From NCBI RefSeq assembly GCF_006345805.1, contig NW_021836665.1, forward strand, positions 1 to 23,236: a stretch of 23,236 nt of DNA. The letters run 5' to 3'. Of the stretch, positions 20,331-23,236 are shown piece by piece. A model generated the notes under the pieces. The model had not been told where the DNA came from, searched no databases, and saw only the letters and a program-made list of their open reading frames with translations. The DNA comes from Octopus sinensis (Eukaryota). The first letter of the stretch is position 1. Every line of letters starts with the position of its first letter. A program made the translations under genes and the position numbers.

Positions 20331-20429
20331 CTGGAAAACACAACTAACCTCCTAACAGCATTAACTGTGAGCGTCATATCTCTGCCATACAATTATTTTC
20401 ATTTTCTTAATTGCATTTAATTTTTGCTT

Positions 20430-20900
20430 CCGTTATATCGTCTTGATGATCATAATGATGATGGCGGTCATGATTATTATTATTATGATGACAGCTATAA
20501 CGATAATGGAATATTTTGGTGGTAGATGTGGACATAGAGACAGTGATTGCACTGCTGCTGATGATGACGACGACGATGAAGATAGTGATGAGGATGATGA
20601 TGATGATGATGATGATAATGATAATGATGATGGTGATGATGATGATGGTGATGTGATGACGACACCGGTAGTAGAGATTATGGCAGTGATTGTGGTGGTG
20701 GTGGTGGTGGTGGTGTGGTGGTGGTGGTGGTAATGATGACGGTGATGATGATGATGATGATGATGATAAATAGGAAGACGATACCGATGAGGGTGATGAT
20801 GATAAAGGCCGTATCATTACTGTCATGGTCCTTCTCCCCTTCTGCCTCCTCCTCCTCCTCTTCCTCCTCCTTTTCCTTCTCCTTTCCCTCCTCCTCCTTC
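20430..20900. repeat. (GAT)/(GGT)/(CCT) trinucleotide block
   Basis: Direct inspection. Confidence 0.9.
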
Positions 20901-21044
20901 TCATTATCCTAACCGCCCGCAGCAGCAGGAGCAGGAGTTGCGAGAGTGCAAGCAACGGAAGCAGATGGGTTATTAAATACGCACAAAAGGACCCCGCGAC
21001 GTGGATTTCAAACTACATGACGCAACCTTGTCACGCAAGCTATC

Positions 21045-21223
21045 AACAACAATAACAACAACAGCGACAAAGACAACGACGTTGATGATGACGATGACGA
21101 TGACGACGATGATAACGACGATGACGATGACGATGACGATTATGATGATGATGATGATGATGATGATGGTGGTGGTTGTGGTGGTGGTGGTGGTGGTGGT
21201 GGTAATGATGATGAGGATGATGG

Positions 21224-21276
<53 letters not shown>

Positions 21277-21345
21277 GTGATGGTGGTGGTGGTGGTGGTG
21301 GTGGTGGTGGTGATGGTGGTGGTGGTGGTGATGACGATGACGATT

Positions 21346-21377
<32 letters not shown>

Positions 21378-21437
21378 GGTGGTGGTGGTGGTGGTGGTGA
21401 TGGTGATGATGATGATGTTGATGGTGACGACGACGAT
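21045..21437. repeat. (GAC)/(GAT)/(GGT) trinucleotide array
   Basis: Direct inspection; source of the poly-H/T/I/M/V ORFs. Confidence 0.96.
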
Positions 21438-21749
21438 GAATTCTTTTACTCGCCACAAGGGCCAAAGACGCTGAGGACAATACCAGCAGGAAATACAAAT
21501 AAATAAATGAACAACAAATAAATAAATAAAAAAGATGTGGGGTTTTCTAAATGGGAAAATAATAGGAGGGGAAATACAAAGAAAAAAAATACATAAATAA
21601 ATATCATAAATCCATTTAAGATTATATGGATAAATAAGTAAATGATAAGTAAATAAACAAATAGATGTCACGTGTGGCGTTGGATGCTCGTCCAAGAAAG
21701 GTTTGTGTGCGTAATGAACGTACAGAATGCGGAAGTATCATGTGCAGTG

Positions 21750-22019
21750 TGGTGTATGTATATGTGTATAAATTAATGTGTGTGTGTAAATGTATATGCA
21801 CACTAACACATATATGCATATACAGATACATGTATATATATATATATAATATATATGTGTGTGTATGTATGTATGTATGTATGTATGTGTGTATACATAT
21901 CTGGTTGTGTGTCTGTGTGTATATATATGTGTGCGTGTGTGTGTGTGTGTGTGGATATGTATTATGAGTAGATGTGAGTGGGTCTGCGATTGTGAGAGAG
22001 AAAGACGGAGAGAGAGAAC

Positions 22020-22079
<60 letters not shown>

Positions 22080-22145
22080 AGATAGATAGAGATAGAAAGA
22101 GAGAGGAAAGGGAGAGAGAAAAGGAGAGAGAGGGAGAGAGAGAGG
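21750..22145. repeat. Compound TG/TA/ATAG/GA block
   Basis: Direct inspection. Confidence 0.9.
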
Positions 22146-22259
22146 GGACAGTGGCAAAAGATACGCCAATCTGGCTGTCATGTTAAAGCTCGTATCTCGA
22201 TGGCGCAGCATACAAGCTGTCAGCACGCCCACCGTCACAAAATGGTTTATTCATATCTT

Positions 22260-22656
22260 TCAATCTCTTGATTTCTCTTTCACTCTTTCTTTCCACCCGC
22301 CTTCTCTCTCTGTCCCTCTGTCCCTCTCTCTGCCTCTTTCTCTCTTCCTCTTTCTGTTCGTCTCTCTTTCTCCTTTTCTCTCTTCTTCTTATATATATAT
22401 GCATATATGTTGTGTATATCTACTCACAGACACATATGTGATATATATATATATATTGTGATATATGTATTACATATGCATGCAGTGTGTGTGAATGTAT
22501 GTATGTATATAAATAATGTGTGTGAGGTGGGGTACGCTGGACTAATAATCAATCAATATATCTTATCTATTACCGTCCATTAGCCTTAAAACAATCTTTT
22601 ACGCTCTCTCCTCTCTAACTCTCTTTCTTTCTTTCTTTCCCTCTCTATACACACGC

Positions 22657-22712
<56 letters not shown>

Positions 22713-22820
22713 TGAGTTGAGCAATGTTTCATATTTGTACATGTACAAGCACACACAGAGACACACACACATACACAGACAGACACATACAAACACACTC
22801 AAATATACGTACACACATAT
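22260..22820. repeat. Compound CT/TA/CA blocks
   Basis: Direct inspection, with short unique spacers. Confidence 0.8.
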
Positions 22821-23236
22821 TTAATACATCCAACAAAGTACGGATGTCAAATTCTCGAGCACTCGACTGACAATAAATTTTAACTATAAATGTGTTGCAA
22901 TCATTACAACTCAGCTTTTTAAGTTTGTAGAGTGTTCGGCAATATGATTAAACATTTATCATGTACCTCTCTATGATATGAGCAAAAGTGATTTCTCATC
23001 AAGCACAGGATTTAGAGGAAATACAGAAAAGCTTGAATCCCACATATAGTTGTGCTCAACGCCCGTTTCATTAGGATAAACATTATTAAATATATAATTA
23101 CATAATCGCGAAATTGAATTATTCGAAACTGAATTAACTTTAAGGCATGCCATCGCGTAACATAATATTTATGATGATATGGGTAAACAACTCTTAAATT
23201 AATATAATTTCTATTAAGTTGATTTAAATCAGTTAT

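Noticed and set aside
20973-21695. 240-aa and poly-His ORFs
   Set aside because: The (GAT)/(GGT) arrays lack stop codons on the minus strand; no coding evidence.
22855-22878. CTCGAG...ACTCGACTGAC resembling part of the 12845-13176 repeat
   Set aside because: Only about 11 bp match and the flanks do not align.

Overview
Eukaryotic, AT-rich, almost entirely non-coding DNA (intron or intergenic), packed with compound microsatellites and interspersed repeats. The tRNA-headed SINEs look like the octopus SINE families I recall (OK/OR type), so an Octopus genome is my best inference; this is unverified. Supported content: about 11 SINE copies or fragments in at least 4 variants, two non-autonomous Helitron copies with canonical ends, a 3' remnant of an R4/Dong-like RLE LINE, a twice-present unclassified repeat, a probable Penelope terminal remnant, a degenerate ~43-45 bp minisatellite and many SSR blocks. 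No complete protein-coding gene, rRNA, tRNA gene or CRISPR array is supported. Nearly all long ORFs in the track are microsatellite or SINE artefacts. One minus-strand segment (6846-6943) looks like a real spliced exon, and a few weaker candidates may belong to the same unidentified gene. I found no convincing new biological system; the findings are modest leads. Repeat boundaries were read by eye (about +/-10 bp).
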